Of a stretch of DNA of 64,000 nucleotides, positions 1-11,600 are shown one piece after another. A program made the translations under genes and the position numbers. This DNA comes from Azolla caroliniana. Its lineage: Eukaryota > Plantae > Polypodiophyta. The number at the start of each line of letters is the position of its first letter. The stretch's first letter is position 1. The notes below the pieces were generated by a model. The model had not been told where the DNA came from and did not search any database. It saw only the letters and a list, made by a program, of their open reading frames with translations. The stretch spans positions 12,772,001 to 12,836,000 of the forward strand of contig JBHGNT010000018.1 in the NCBI GenBank assembly GCA_043228905.1, in the 5' to 3' direction.

Positions 1-790
1 TTATTCATGTTGAACTTTTCAAGAAGTTTCTCAATGCAACGGGATTGAGGTTCAACTTGATGATACAAGTCATGAGCAGAACAATTTAATAATCAATCAG
101 GTGTAAATGCAGTTTATTATCTGAATGACTATTTGAACTTTACTGTATTACTTTCTCATCCTGAAAAGCAGGTATCCTGAAATATGATTATACATGTTGC
201 ATAATACATAGATGTAGCATAAAGACAATAAAAATATGCGAGCCATCCGAAATTTAGGGTTTAGGGTAACCCTTGAAAATGTTTAGCATCATCTACAGTT
301 TAAATCTTTAAAACGTTTAGCATCAGCCATGGTACATCCATCTCATGAATCATGTGATGAAAGTTAACAGTTGAGAATCAAAAAATATCTGATAAGGTCA
401 AAGAGCACATAAGTGTATGCTGTCCAAAACTAACAGTCTTCACAATAATGTAATATGATCTGAATAAACCAGAGTCTCTGAATCCTGTTAGTGCTTCTAG
501 CCTAAATTATTATGGGATGCAACCTTTGTGAAGCATCCACACCACTCACTACAACCATGGGCGCTTGTTCGGTGAGCTGATGGTGCCATCTCCTCAGTCA
601 TACGTATATTTACCTATATCTTATTCTAGAGATGCTAAAATATTCTAGATTCTGATGGCAGTGGTGAGATGATGTTAGCAACTGTTACATCGACGAAGAA
701 ACTGTATTTGAATGCCCAACTTTTTTCCACGTTTTTTTTCTCTACATTCTTTTATTTGCTGATAATGTGATATATTTTTGGTAATGTCAG

Positions 791-1404
791 AACACGAACC
801 AAATAGAAGGTCAGATGAGATATCTAGTGTATTGCATGGAGAACGCAATCATGAACTTGCCCCCTGATCAGGAGCAAATGGTATGGCTTGTGGAATTTGA
901 AGGTTGGAGTATGTCCATGATACCTGTGATGACAGTGAGAGAGACAGCACATGTTCTACAAGATCATTATCCCGAGAGACTTGCATATGCCATTTTATAT
1001 AATCCTCCAAAAATCTTTGAGACTTTCTGGAATGTAAGTAGTCTATCAATTTGCTGTTTACAGTTTCCGTTCATCTTCTTTGTCTTTGGCTTTCTTTTTA
1101 AGGTAATCACTTTGGCAGTATTTTTAGTTTAGCTAACTATTCAAAACATTTCTTTTAGCTTGTGAAACCCTTTCTCGACCCCAACACACAAAAGAAAGTG
1201 AAATTTGTATATCCTGGAATTGAAGAAAGTAGAAAGCTTATGGAGAGCCATTTTGACTTAGACCAGCTGGAATCTGCGTTTGGAGGGAAGAATTGTGTAA
1301 TGTTTGACAAAGAGAAGTATGCAACTACAATGAAAGAAGATGATATCAAGTTTAGTTTATCTTTGCAAAGTCCGTCTTCTTTGAGCTTAAATGCAGATAA
1401 TTAG
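791..1404 (+). CDS. Sec14/CRAL-TRIO lipid-transfer protein, last two coding exons (791-1033, 1159-1404); 5' exons not identified in this window
   Basis: Translation YLVYCMENAI...VLQDHYPERLAYAILYNPPKIFETFW / LVKPFLDPNTQKKVKFVY...LESAFGG. AG at 789-790, GT at 1034, AG at 1157-1158, TAG at 1402-1404. Confidence 0.92.
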
Positions 1405-2422
1405 TGCTGTACAAGCTGTTTAATGTTTCCAATGGGGCAGAATAATCCAGATGGCAGCATATGCAAATATTCGGAAATCTTAAGAATTAAAAAATGTATG
1501 GTAAATTTTGCATACTAGATATTAACCATTAAAACTTTCAACAATCCATGGATGTCTAAAGGTTTAGACAGCTTTCCACTAGGAAAATTTTAGATTCCAT
1601 CTACGGATGCTGTCAAAAACTTAGATAGCTTTCCAGAGCTTGGCTCGGTCAATTATAAATGCATTTGAATTTTGCAAGTGCTTGTTAAAACTAATGGTGC
1701 AACTGAAGGCCAGATGACTGTAAACAAAAATGAGAAGGGTATGAAAATTAAGGAATTGGCTATCATCCCTTATAATAGCGGCCATGATGCCTTTATGAAA
1801 TGTTCATTTTTATTAGGTGTGTTTTGACTTCACTTCCAAGCCACTGGTATGTTTTTCATATTTCTCTGTTACGATGATATTGATCATGTCAAATATACTT
1901 GGTTAACTATTATAATTATATGATGCAAGATGATTGCTAATGAATTGATATAATATTGAAACGAAGAATTCAAAGACCCAATCCTTGAAAGTAGAGATCA
2001 ATTGAACTCTCTTTAGTGCTGCCAATATTGCAAATGAATGACAGTCAACGATCATTCCTTGAAGTCCCTCCCCATGTATGCAAATTTAATGTATGCGTCA
2101 AAACTGATGTTCATTTCTTGAAGTCTTAAGGGCAGTGTATGCAATAAAGTTATGCTGACTACTGATCGAATATATATGATAGACTTTGGGGCTTGACATA
2201 TAATAGAATGCTATACAGCTCCATATAAATGCTTTAGATAGATAAGTCAATACAAATGCATGGTAATTGTAATTCAATCTACTAGCATTAGAAAGTAGCT
2301 TACTACATACTTTTGCCACATTGGTTTCCCATGCCTTCTACACCCCGACCTACCATGGGGACACTCTTCACGACCTCTAGGGTCACGAAGGTCATAAAGA
2401 AATTGCAATCACCTAATGTGTG

Positions 2423-2630
2423 GTAGCTAATTAGCTACAGTAGTAAACTTTCTATCAGCTAATTAGCTACTTCCAAGCTAATTAGCTACTACCAAGCTAA
2501 TTAGCTACTCCCAAACTATAGTAATTAGCTACAGTAGTACACCTACAGAGTGTGGTAGCTTCCTAGAAGTAGCTAAACACCTACAAAGAAGTATGGAATA
2601 GCTGAAGAGAAGATGCTAATTAGCTAACAC
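2423..2630. repeat. Array of the palindromic motif (G)TAGCTAATTAGCTAC near the left end of the DNA transposon
   Basis: Multiple AGCTAATTAGCTAC copies read directly; the same motif recurs at 23515-23670. Confidence 0.8.
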
Positions 2631-3667
2631 ATGTTGTTGTAGAACCTCGTGGATTAACTCACACATGAACTCACGCACATGAGGTGTCTGGTCGAGATGA
2701 TGCTTTAACCGATGAGGAGATAATTGGCAATGTGGCTGAGAATAAGAGTCTTGCTATCACATCTCTTTTAGATTAGCTTCACCCTATTCTTTTGGAAGAT
2801 TGTACTGAATTAGTCAACGTTGTGAAAAGTAATGAAATACTCAACCCAGCGTGTAAATCTAAGGTTCATAACAACAGTGTTTTTGAACACTTGATGCAAC
2901 ATTTCTTCGACTCCCAGAACCTTGATTCAACCCCACCGAGCCCAGCTGTTGATGATGTCCCACCATATCCCAATCTTCTTGACCAGCTAGCGCAAGATGC
3001 ACAAGAGGTTGTTGAGGCTCTAGATAGGTTGTCGGAGGACACACTTGCGCAATGGGTGAAAGAGCAAGGCTAAATGGGCAACCTTCGAGAAAAAAGTTGA
3101 AGAAGGGCCTCGATCAGGGACAAGACCAGTTACTTGGTCAAGGGGCTCTTGACTCTATGTTTAGTAGGATAGGATATTAACTATTTTCCTAGAGAAAATT
3201 ATCAAGTGTTTTTATGATCTATTTGGACAAGTCAACACCATTATTGGTTGTTGCTTGATCCCCATCATGTAATGGAACTCTACGATGAATATTAAGATAA
3301 GAAAATTATTTTGTTGCAGGATACTTCATGTTTTGAATGTTGTTTTGTAAGATTGTTAGCTACTTTGTGAGTGTGAATATGATGGTGTTTTCTGATGTTG
3401 CAGAGTTTAAAGGGTTTGAATCTATTGCTCCTAAGGCCGATGGTAGTGTGGAAAATGTTGATGTTGTTGCGTATTTAGAGGGCCCCATCTTGAAAGTAGA
3501 TGTAGCAACTGACATAGATGATCTGGTCACGCAAGTAGATGAAGCATGTTGCACAGATGATCTGATTTTGCAGGTAGATGCAACATGTGATACCAGTGGG
3601 TTGATATTTACCAGAGAAGTATCTACATGTACAAATGTGATACTAGGCCCGACGACACAGTCGACTA

Positions 3668-3770
3668 TACAAGAGCAAAACAGGGTGAAACCACACCCAA
3701 CAACTGCACAAGAGCAAAACAGGGTGAAACCACACCCAACAACTGCACAAGAGCAAAACAGGGTAAAGCC
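3668..3770 (+). repeat. 39-bp tandem repeat, ~2.6 copies (encodes QEQNRVKPHPTTA) inside an unassigned ORF
   Basis: ACAAGAGCAAAACAGGGTGAAACCACACCCAACAACTGC repeated. Confidence 0.9.
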
Positions 3771-4633
3771 AGACCTAATGACACAGTCGACTATGGGTTT
3801 GAAGAGGAAAATGACACCAATTGTGTCGACAAAATCTAAGTTCATTGAAATTAATCACATGCTACCAAGACTTGGTGTAATAGAGGCTTAGTTGCAGGAA
3901 TGGAAACCTAAACCGTTAGAAGAAGAAAGAAATAAAGATCAAGGAGACAAAGATGAGGCGAAACGAGAATACTAGATTGATGTGTCAATGACTGGTGTTG
4001 AATCCCCTGAAAGGGACCAAGGATGTTACAAGTATTTATACAATTTCCGAGATTGAATATCTCTGGAATATACTCGAGAAATATATCAAGAATATACCCG
4101 TTTAGAATATACCACAGAATAATTCTAGAATATACTAACGACTAGAATATTCTCAAATGTACTATACACTAGATTCTACAATATATACAAGTTCACAATC
4201 GAATGTGGATAGTTCCCAAGTGTTTCCATATGGTTAACACAACACAATGTATTGTGTGTGTTAAAAGACGGAGGTTTGAGTCTAGAATGTGACAGGAAAA
4301 CTGTTTGAACTTGTACATGATTCATATGAGAGTAAAAAAACCCATTGCCAACATGTATTCTAGACAACAAAACTGAAAGTTACAATGAGTAAAATTGATA
4401 GTATATACACATTTATTAGACACTAAAACTGAAAGTTGCATTTAATAGACAAAGGGTTTATTGTAACAAGAATAGAAAGAAGACTCGCAAATGATTTTAT
4501 TAAACTGTTTTTTTGCAATACAACTACTTTGTCCACTTTACAAGAAAACTGGTATGATCTCACAGTAGCTACAAATTCCATAGCATATTGTTATAAATAC
4601 ATTCATACACATAAACACTAACTATGTAAAATC

Positions 4634-5291
4634 TCAACAGCTATTGTATTGTGACATCGGGATGTTGATGCACCTGACCAAATGAGAGTACATGTATGCT
4701 ACTTGTTTGTCTTTTAAAAGCATATACACATAATCGTAATCATCCAGTCTTGAATAAAAAATACCTTTGATGTAGAATATTTCGCCAGATACAAAATTTC
4801 CCCAAGCATCTATAATATTCTGCATTGCACATTGTTTACAAACCATACACTTCAATAAATAGAAATCAACACCCTTTGAATTGCCTTCTTCTACATTTAG
4901 CGAAAAATTATCCCCAACAGTTATGACATCACTCAGAGTATCTCCAAGTCCCTGATATGTAAAGTCTTGTTTCTCCATCAGTCGCTTCCTTATCATTCAA
5001 TGTATGGTACTCCCAATTCTAAATATATGCTTTGTTTAAACAATCTCTCCAGTTTGTCTGCACACAATGGAAGCAAGAACATGTTAATTCTCTAACTGCA
5101 ATATAATGACCATCCAACCTAAAATAACCTCGAACAACATGGAGAGATCGCACTTCGGGAATTCCTTGGCACTTCCTATTTACTTCATCTATCGTCACTT
5201 CCCAAAATACTCATTTGGTATCTCGGACCTGCGAGGAATAAACACCAGTTGCACTCATTGACATATTAGTTCTTAAAAAATCAACTACATG
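4634..5291 (-). pseudogene. C-terminal part of the DNA-transposon transposase, continuing from 22379 across the Ty3 insertion
   Basis: Same strand and contiguous with the HGKGEHDG segment once 5292-22378 is removed; ORF 4634-4996. Confidence 0.6.
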
Positions 5292-5312
5292 TGTCATAGA
5301 CAACATGCCACA

Positions 5313-5383
5313 TGGAATGGTGGGGGTTGAACCCATGACCGTCTGGTCTTATTAGGAAACCTTACCAGTTGAGCTACATCCAT
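5313..5383 (-). ncRNA. tRNA-like module (A-box and B-box) in U3 of the chromovirus 5' LTR, antisense to the element
   Basis: rc GGATG-TAGCTCAACTGGTAAGG...GGTC-ATGGG-TTCAACC-CCCAC-CATTCC; T-arm and partial acceptor pairing; anticodon arm degenerate. Confidence 0.7.
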
Positions 5384-5532
5384 CAATGGTGTAAGACTCA
5401 ACTTATTTCATTATAGATTGATAACTAGAACTTTCAAGAACCTTCTAGAGAATGCATCTTCATGCACTCTCTAGAAGTTTCCATGCACTCTCTAGAAGTC
5501 TTCTAGCTATCATGCATACCTCCACATTCTTG

Positions 5533-5576
5533 TATAAATATTGGGGTGCACCTTGATTACAATCAAGGTGAACAAC
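5533..5576 (+). promoter_or_regulatory. LTR TATA box (TATAAATA) followed by a perfect 10-bp hairpin at the likely transcription start
   Basis: CACCTTGATT-AC-AATCAAGGTG at 5549-5570; conserved in the 3' LTR. Confidence 0.65.
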
Positions 5577-5814
5577 GCTAGTTTCGAAAGCATATACAGT
5601 TCTTGTTTATTTGTCTATCCTCTCTCTTGCTTGTTCTCTTGTCTATGCTCTCTCTCCGGCTATCTCTTAATACTGAGCCTCGTCTACTTGTCCTTGACAA
5701 TCTTGTGATCTTGCTTATGCTCTCTCTCTCTCTCTCTCTCTCTCTCTTAGTACTTAACCTCATTCCACCCGTTCGTGACAGTTTATTCACCTTCCCATTT
5801 TCTAAGCCTCAACA

Positions 5815-6097
5815 TGTCAAATCTTACCGAGAGAATAAATCACCTCATGGAAGCCATGCATCAACTTCAACTTGAGAATGACAACCTTCGGGAATCATTA
5901 CGGAAGCTTCAAGTTGGAACAACAATGGAACTCGAAGAAAAAAACAACTCTCCTCCTACATCAAAAAATGTTCTACCTATAGAGCCTGGTTCCTCGTCTA
6001 TGCTATCTCTGACTCCTTCCCATCCCACTACAAGTTTGGAGCCCAATATTAGTTTACCCAACAAGTTCGATGGCACGAGGAAGCACTTTCGAGGGTT
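5815..6097 (+). pseudogene. Chromovirus gag N-terminus (continues at 17415)
   Basis: MSNLTERINHL...EPNISLPNKFDGTRKHFRGF, interrupted exactly at the GGGTT TSD. Confidence 0.85.
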
Positions 6098-6298
6098 TGT
6101 TACCGGCCGGCAAAGGAGTCCAGAGTGTGAAACGGAGGAGTTAATTAATTATTAGGAATGGTTGTAAGAAAGCTATTAGTGTGGACGGACAGACCGGAAT
6201 CGGTATGCCGTTCCAGATCCGGACCGATCCCGAACAGGTGCGGATGGCACCGTTTTGTACTACAGACCGAAAACCTATTTAAAGGCCCAGATACAATG

Positions 6299-8319
6299 CT
6301 TGGCCGACCTGGCTACACCGTTGCATGCCGCCGTACATCGGACACCATTCCAGTGGGACGACACCAAGGATAGGGCGTATAGGGCCCTCAAGGTACTATT
6401 GTCACAAGCACCGGTAGTGCAGCCTCCGGATTGGAGTAAAGAATTTCATGTGTTTGTGGACGCCTCCGACATCGCAATCGGAAGTGTACTGATGCAGCTT
6501 ACGGAGCCAAAGTGATACTGGCTAGTGTACTATGCCAGCCGAAAGCTATCCCAAGCGGAACGGAACTACTCTACCACGGAACGGGAAGATCTAGGGATGA
6601 TCTATAGTGTGACAAAGTTTTGGCATTATTTATTGGGAAGGAAGTTTTCCTTCCATGTAGATCATTCGGCACTCCTCTACCTGGTGTCCAAGGCATCACT
6701 CACCGGTAAATTGGCCCGGTGGACCTTACTGTTACAGGAATTCGAGTTCGAAATATTCCACCGACCCGGTATACAGCATGTTGTAGCGGATTATTTAAGC
6801 CGATTAGAGTCCGCAGAGACGGGCGATGGAGTAGCGGACGAGTTTCCGGATGCGGAGCTGTTTCGAGTCACTACGGAAACGGCAGCAGATGAGACGATGG
6901 CACATGAAGACAAGTGGCTCACAAATATGCACCAGTTTCTGAGCACAGGACTGCCTCCGGAAGAGATGAACCGGGACGAAAGGAAACGTCTGGCGGTGCA
7001 AAGCCGACATTTATGCTTATTGCGAGACACACTTTACCACAAGGGCGCGGACGGCATATGGAGACGGGTTGTGCGCAGCAATGAAAAGGACCTCATACTG
7101 AGGGAAGCCCACTGCAGAGTTGCCGGAGGTCACTATGCCGGAGATGCGACGACCAGGAAAATATGGCAAAGTGGCCTATGGTGGCCAACTACATTAAGAG
7201 ATGCTGTACGGTACGCAAAAGAATGTGACCTATGCCAACGAATGGGCCAGCCAACGGAGCAGGCTAGGATGCCACACTAGCCTGTACTACCACTCGAACC
7301 ATTCCAGAAGTGGGGGCTGGACTTTGTTGGACCAGTCAAACCACCGGCAATGAGAACAGGTAATCGATACGTCATCGTCGCGATGGATTACTGCACGAAA
7401 TGGGTGGAGGCCAACCTTAAGAGACAACACCGCTGCGTCAACAACAAAATTTCTATACGAATACATCTGGTGCCGTTACGGATGCCCAATCGAATTAATA
7501 AGTGACTAGGGGGGGCACTTTCTCGGCCAAGTAGTTGAAAGCCTGACGGCATTCTATGCCGTTGTCCATAAACGGAGCACACCATACTATCCACAAGCAA
7601 ATGGGTTAGCTGAATCGACGAACAAAACGCTCCAGAATATCCTCCGGAAGATCGTCAATGAAAACCGAACGGATTGGGATACCAAGCTACATAGCGCGCT
7701 TTGGGCATACCGGACAACATATAAAACGAGCATCCGAACAACACCGTTCCGGTTAGCGTTCGGACTAGAGGCGGTAATGCCGGTGGAATTCCAAGTACCC
7801 AGCTTACGGATCCAGCTACGGGAACGGCTGAACGAGAAGGAGTCGGAGGCAATACGGTTAACAACGCTGTGTGAACTCGAGGAACAACGACTGGCAAGCA
7901 TCCTGCACTTAGAATTGGAACAACGGCGACGGAAAGCATTTGTCGAACGGCACAGGAAAGGAAATGAAAAAATGTTCGCAATCGGCAAGCCGGTGTTAGT
8001 ATTTCAGACCCGGATGGGCAAGATGCCGGGTACACTACGGTTTAGATGGACCGGCCCGTATTGGCTGACATGTGAGTATAATGGGTCCTACCAGTTGGGG
8101 ATGCTTGCCAGCGAAGTGCTAGGCAAATGGGTCAACGGATTCCGATTGAAGCCATATAGAGGACCGATGCCCCAGAACCCATTTGAGCAAAGGACCGACA
8201 CCGGTGCGGAAACGACAACCTATGAGGGAAACGACAACCACCAAGACGGCAGAGACGGCGAGCCGGTAACTGGGGAGAATGAGGCCGGTAAGGGTCCGAT
8301 AGGACTAACGGACAAGTAA
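6299..8319 (+). pseudogene. RNase H-integrase portion of Ty3 pol (premature stops, frameshift)
   Basis: FVDASDIAIG, YSTTERE, H...GGH...C..C zinc finger, PFQKWGLDFVGP, PQANG, RWTGPY. Confidence 0.9.
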
Positions 8320-8633
8320 CCTCACACTACAATTATCAAAAAAAAAAAAAAAAAAGAAAGAAAGAAAGAAAGAAAGAAAAAAAGCGAAGTAATCATGCAA
8401 AAGCGAGGTATGAATGGACGAGAGAGCGAGGAGCGAAAAGGTACGTAGTGGGCATTTAAACCCCACCACAGGACATAATGCTATTTTAGTACACGACGTG
8501 CACACACTCGAAAAAGGCGCCAGAATGCACAGAGAAAAACCACTGCACGTGGAGACCCTCTACTTTCGCGAACCCAGGAGCACAGAAGCACCAAGGCGCT
8601 GGAAGATCATCAGACGAGAACCGACGCACAGAG

Positions 8634-11600
8634 TGTTGTAGACGAGGTCGTCAATGCGGAAGATCAAGAAGCATTCGATTCTTCTGAGTACCTGCGTATG
8701 ACAGAATGTAGGTCGTTGCACAGAGAGAGAGAGAGACACAAAAGACTTTCTTATTTCACAAAGAGACAATACAACAACCAACCTTACAAAAAGGTTACAA
8801 GGTCACTATATATAGTGACCGACTTAGGGCAACTACCCTTTATGCTAATTACATAAATGGCCAAAACGGGATAGTGTGAATACGTCCATTATACACATGT
8901 ATTCGACACTCCCCCGTAATGGGCGTATACATGGGTTATCTTAGATTACAGGTATAGACTTAGGTTCTCGGACATATCAGCTTGTTCGAGTCGGCAGGGT
9001 CCGAAGGCAGAAGACCGAACTGGTCGGGTCGGAACAGTTGAAGCCGATCATTAAGCAACTGATGTCGGTTGTCGGGAACCATCCTGCTCTGTGTCCGGCT
9101 CTAACCGGACCGGTTTGTCGTTACGCCCATCTGATGCCGAAGAGACCGAAAACGGTCTGCCGAAAGACACTTGGTCATTCCATCTGCGACATTGTCGGTT
9201 GTGGATATTTTCTCTAGACCGATTTTCCCTGAAATGACGCAGTCCCGAACGAAGTGATATCGAACGTCGATATGTTTGGAGGCGTTGTGGTGAACCGGAT
9301 TTTTCGACAAGGCAACAACACCTTGACTGTCGCTGTAGACAACTGGAGCCGAGTCATGGTCGACTTGTTGAAATGTGTGCGCCAGCCGACCGAGCCACAG
9401 AGCTTCTTTTGCTGCGTCGGACGCAGCTACATATTCTGCTTCGGTCGTTGAGGTCGCTGTGCACTCCTGAAGTTTCGACTTCCACGAAATTGCTCCATTG
9501 CCGAATTTGAAGCAGTATCCGGTTGTTGATTTCCGACTGTCTATACAGCCGGCGAAATCCGAGTCGGTGTAACCGACTACGCCTGAGGTTCGGTTCGGAC
9601 CGAAAAGAATGTCGTGGTCTTTTGTGCCAGCCAGATATCTGAACACATGCTTGACTGCGTTCCAATGCGATCGGCCAGGATTGTGCATAAATCTGCTAAC
9701 GACTCCTACGGCGTGAGAAATATCAGGCCGTGTCGCGACCATCAGGTACATAAGGGAGCCGACTGCCGGTGCATACGGTACCGACTTCATATCTTCCCCC
9801 TCCGAACCGGATGTCGGGCAGTCTCGCTGAGAGAGCCGAAGATTCATGGGGAGCGGGGTTGAAGCAGATTTGGCTGATTGCATGTTGAAGCGTTCCAAGA
9901 CACGTCCGATATAGTCGGTCTGAGACAAAAAAAGATGTCGTTTATCGCGATGCCGACTAATCTTCATGCCAAGGATGTGTCGTGCCGGACCGAGGTCCTT
10001 CATGGCAAACTTCAACCGCAGTTGCCGAACGAGATCGGCAAGTTCGCCCGCGTGGCGTCCAGAAATGAGCATGTCGTCCACGTAAATGATGAGGAAGATG
10101 GGTGATCCATCTTGAGCTGTGTTGGTAAAGAGACAATGGTCCTCATCGCTTTTTGAGAAGCCGATCGATTGGATGAAGTCGTCGAACTTCTTGTACCATT
10201 GTCGCGGTGCCTGTTTGAGGCCGTATAGACTCTTCCTGAGTCGGCAGACTAGATGTTCTTGGCCAGTCGCCACGAAGCCTTTTGGCTGCTCCATATAAAT
10301 TTCCTCGTCAAGATCACCATGGAGGAATGCTGTTTTGACATCTAGCTGAATCAGCTCCAAGTTGTCGGCTGCCACGACGCCGAGCAGAAAACGAAGGGTT
10401 GTCATTTTCACCACTGGTGAAAAAATCTCGTCGAAGTCGACGCCATATTCTTGTCGGAAGCCCTTCGCAACTAATCTGGCCTTGTACTTTGGGGTGGTCG
10501 AATCAGACGTCTCTTTTAGTCGATAGACCCACTTGCAAGGAAGAGCACGTCGGTTCCTAGGTAATTCGACCAGATCCCAAGTCTTGTTTGCCCGAATGGA
10601 GTGCATTTCCGACTCCATCGCCAGATGCCAGGTGGCTGAATCGACAGATGTCGATGCTTCTTCGTAAGACGTCGGTTCGCCGGCGTCGGTGAAGAAAATT
10701 CCAGGAGAATACCTCTCCGGAGGTTGCGACAGTCTCTCGGATCGTCGAGGTATGATTGGACTGGTCGCATCGGGTATCGAGGTCGGATGGTCCGAAACCG
10801 AGTCATTCGGCTGTGCCGAGTCAGAGTTGTCCGAGTCGGTAGTGTAAGGTTCAGCTACCCGTGAAGCTGACCGTGTGTTGTGAGCGGGGCCTTCTTGAAG
10901 GGTCGGCACATCTGAAAATGTTACCCTTCGGACTTCGATCGGTTTTTCGACTGATGGATTCATAGCCGACTCGTTGAACACAACGTCCGAACTTCGAACG
11001 ATTTGCCTGCGTTCGGGGTCCCAGAGTCGGTATCCCATTTCGCCGTCGTATCCATATCCAAGGAAAATGCATTTCCTGGACCGAGGTGCAAGTTTTCGGC
11101 GATCATCTTTCGGAATAAGGGCGTACGCCTCGCATCCGAAGATCCTCAGCTTGTCGTAATTCGGCTTACTGCCGATCCATAGTTCCTGAGGAATTTGAAG
11201 TCCTAGAGGTCTACTTGGCGACATATTGATTATGTGTACTGCCGTGAGTAGAGCCTCTGCCCAGAAGCCATCCGACAGTCCGGAGTGTTGGAGCATGGAA
11301 ACTATCCGTTCTTGGATTGTCCGATTCATGCGTTCGGCAATCCCGTTTTGCTCCGGGCTGTGTGGTGCCGTAAATTCACGTCGGATGCCGCGTTGTCGGC
11401 AGAATTTGACGAATTCTTCGGATTTAAATTCTCCCCCATTGTCTGTCCGAAAGCATTTCAGCTTTCGGTCGGTTTGATTTTCTACCATAGCGAGCCAATC
11501 GGTGAAGATCGAGAAGACCCGATCTTTGGTGCGAATTGGATAAGCCCACACCTTTCGAGTCGAATCGTCAATAAAAGTGACGAAGTAAGAGGCACCGCCG

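Noticed and set aside
253-272. TTTAGGGTTTAGGG telomere-like motif
   Set aside because: Only two units; too short to call an interstitial telomere.
4024-4430. Possible solo LTR (TGTTAC start, CTAGAATAT motifs)
   Set aside because: No matching end, TSD or second copy found.
5313-5383. Functional tRNA gene
   Set aside because: Anticodon arm and outer acceptor stem do not pair, so it is reported only as tRNA-like.
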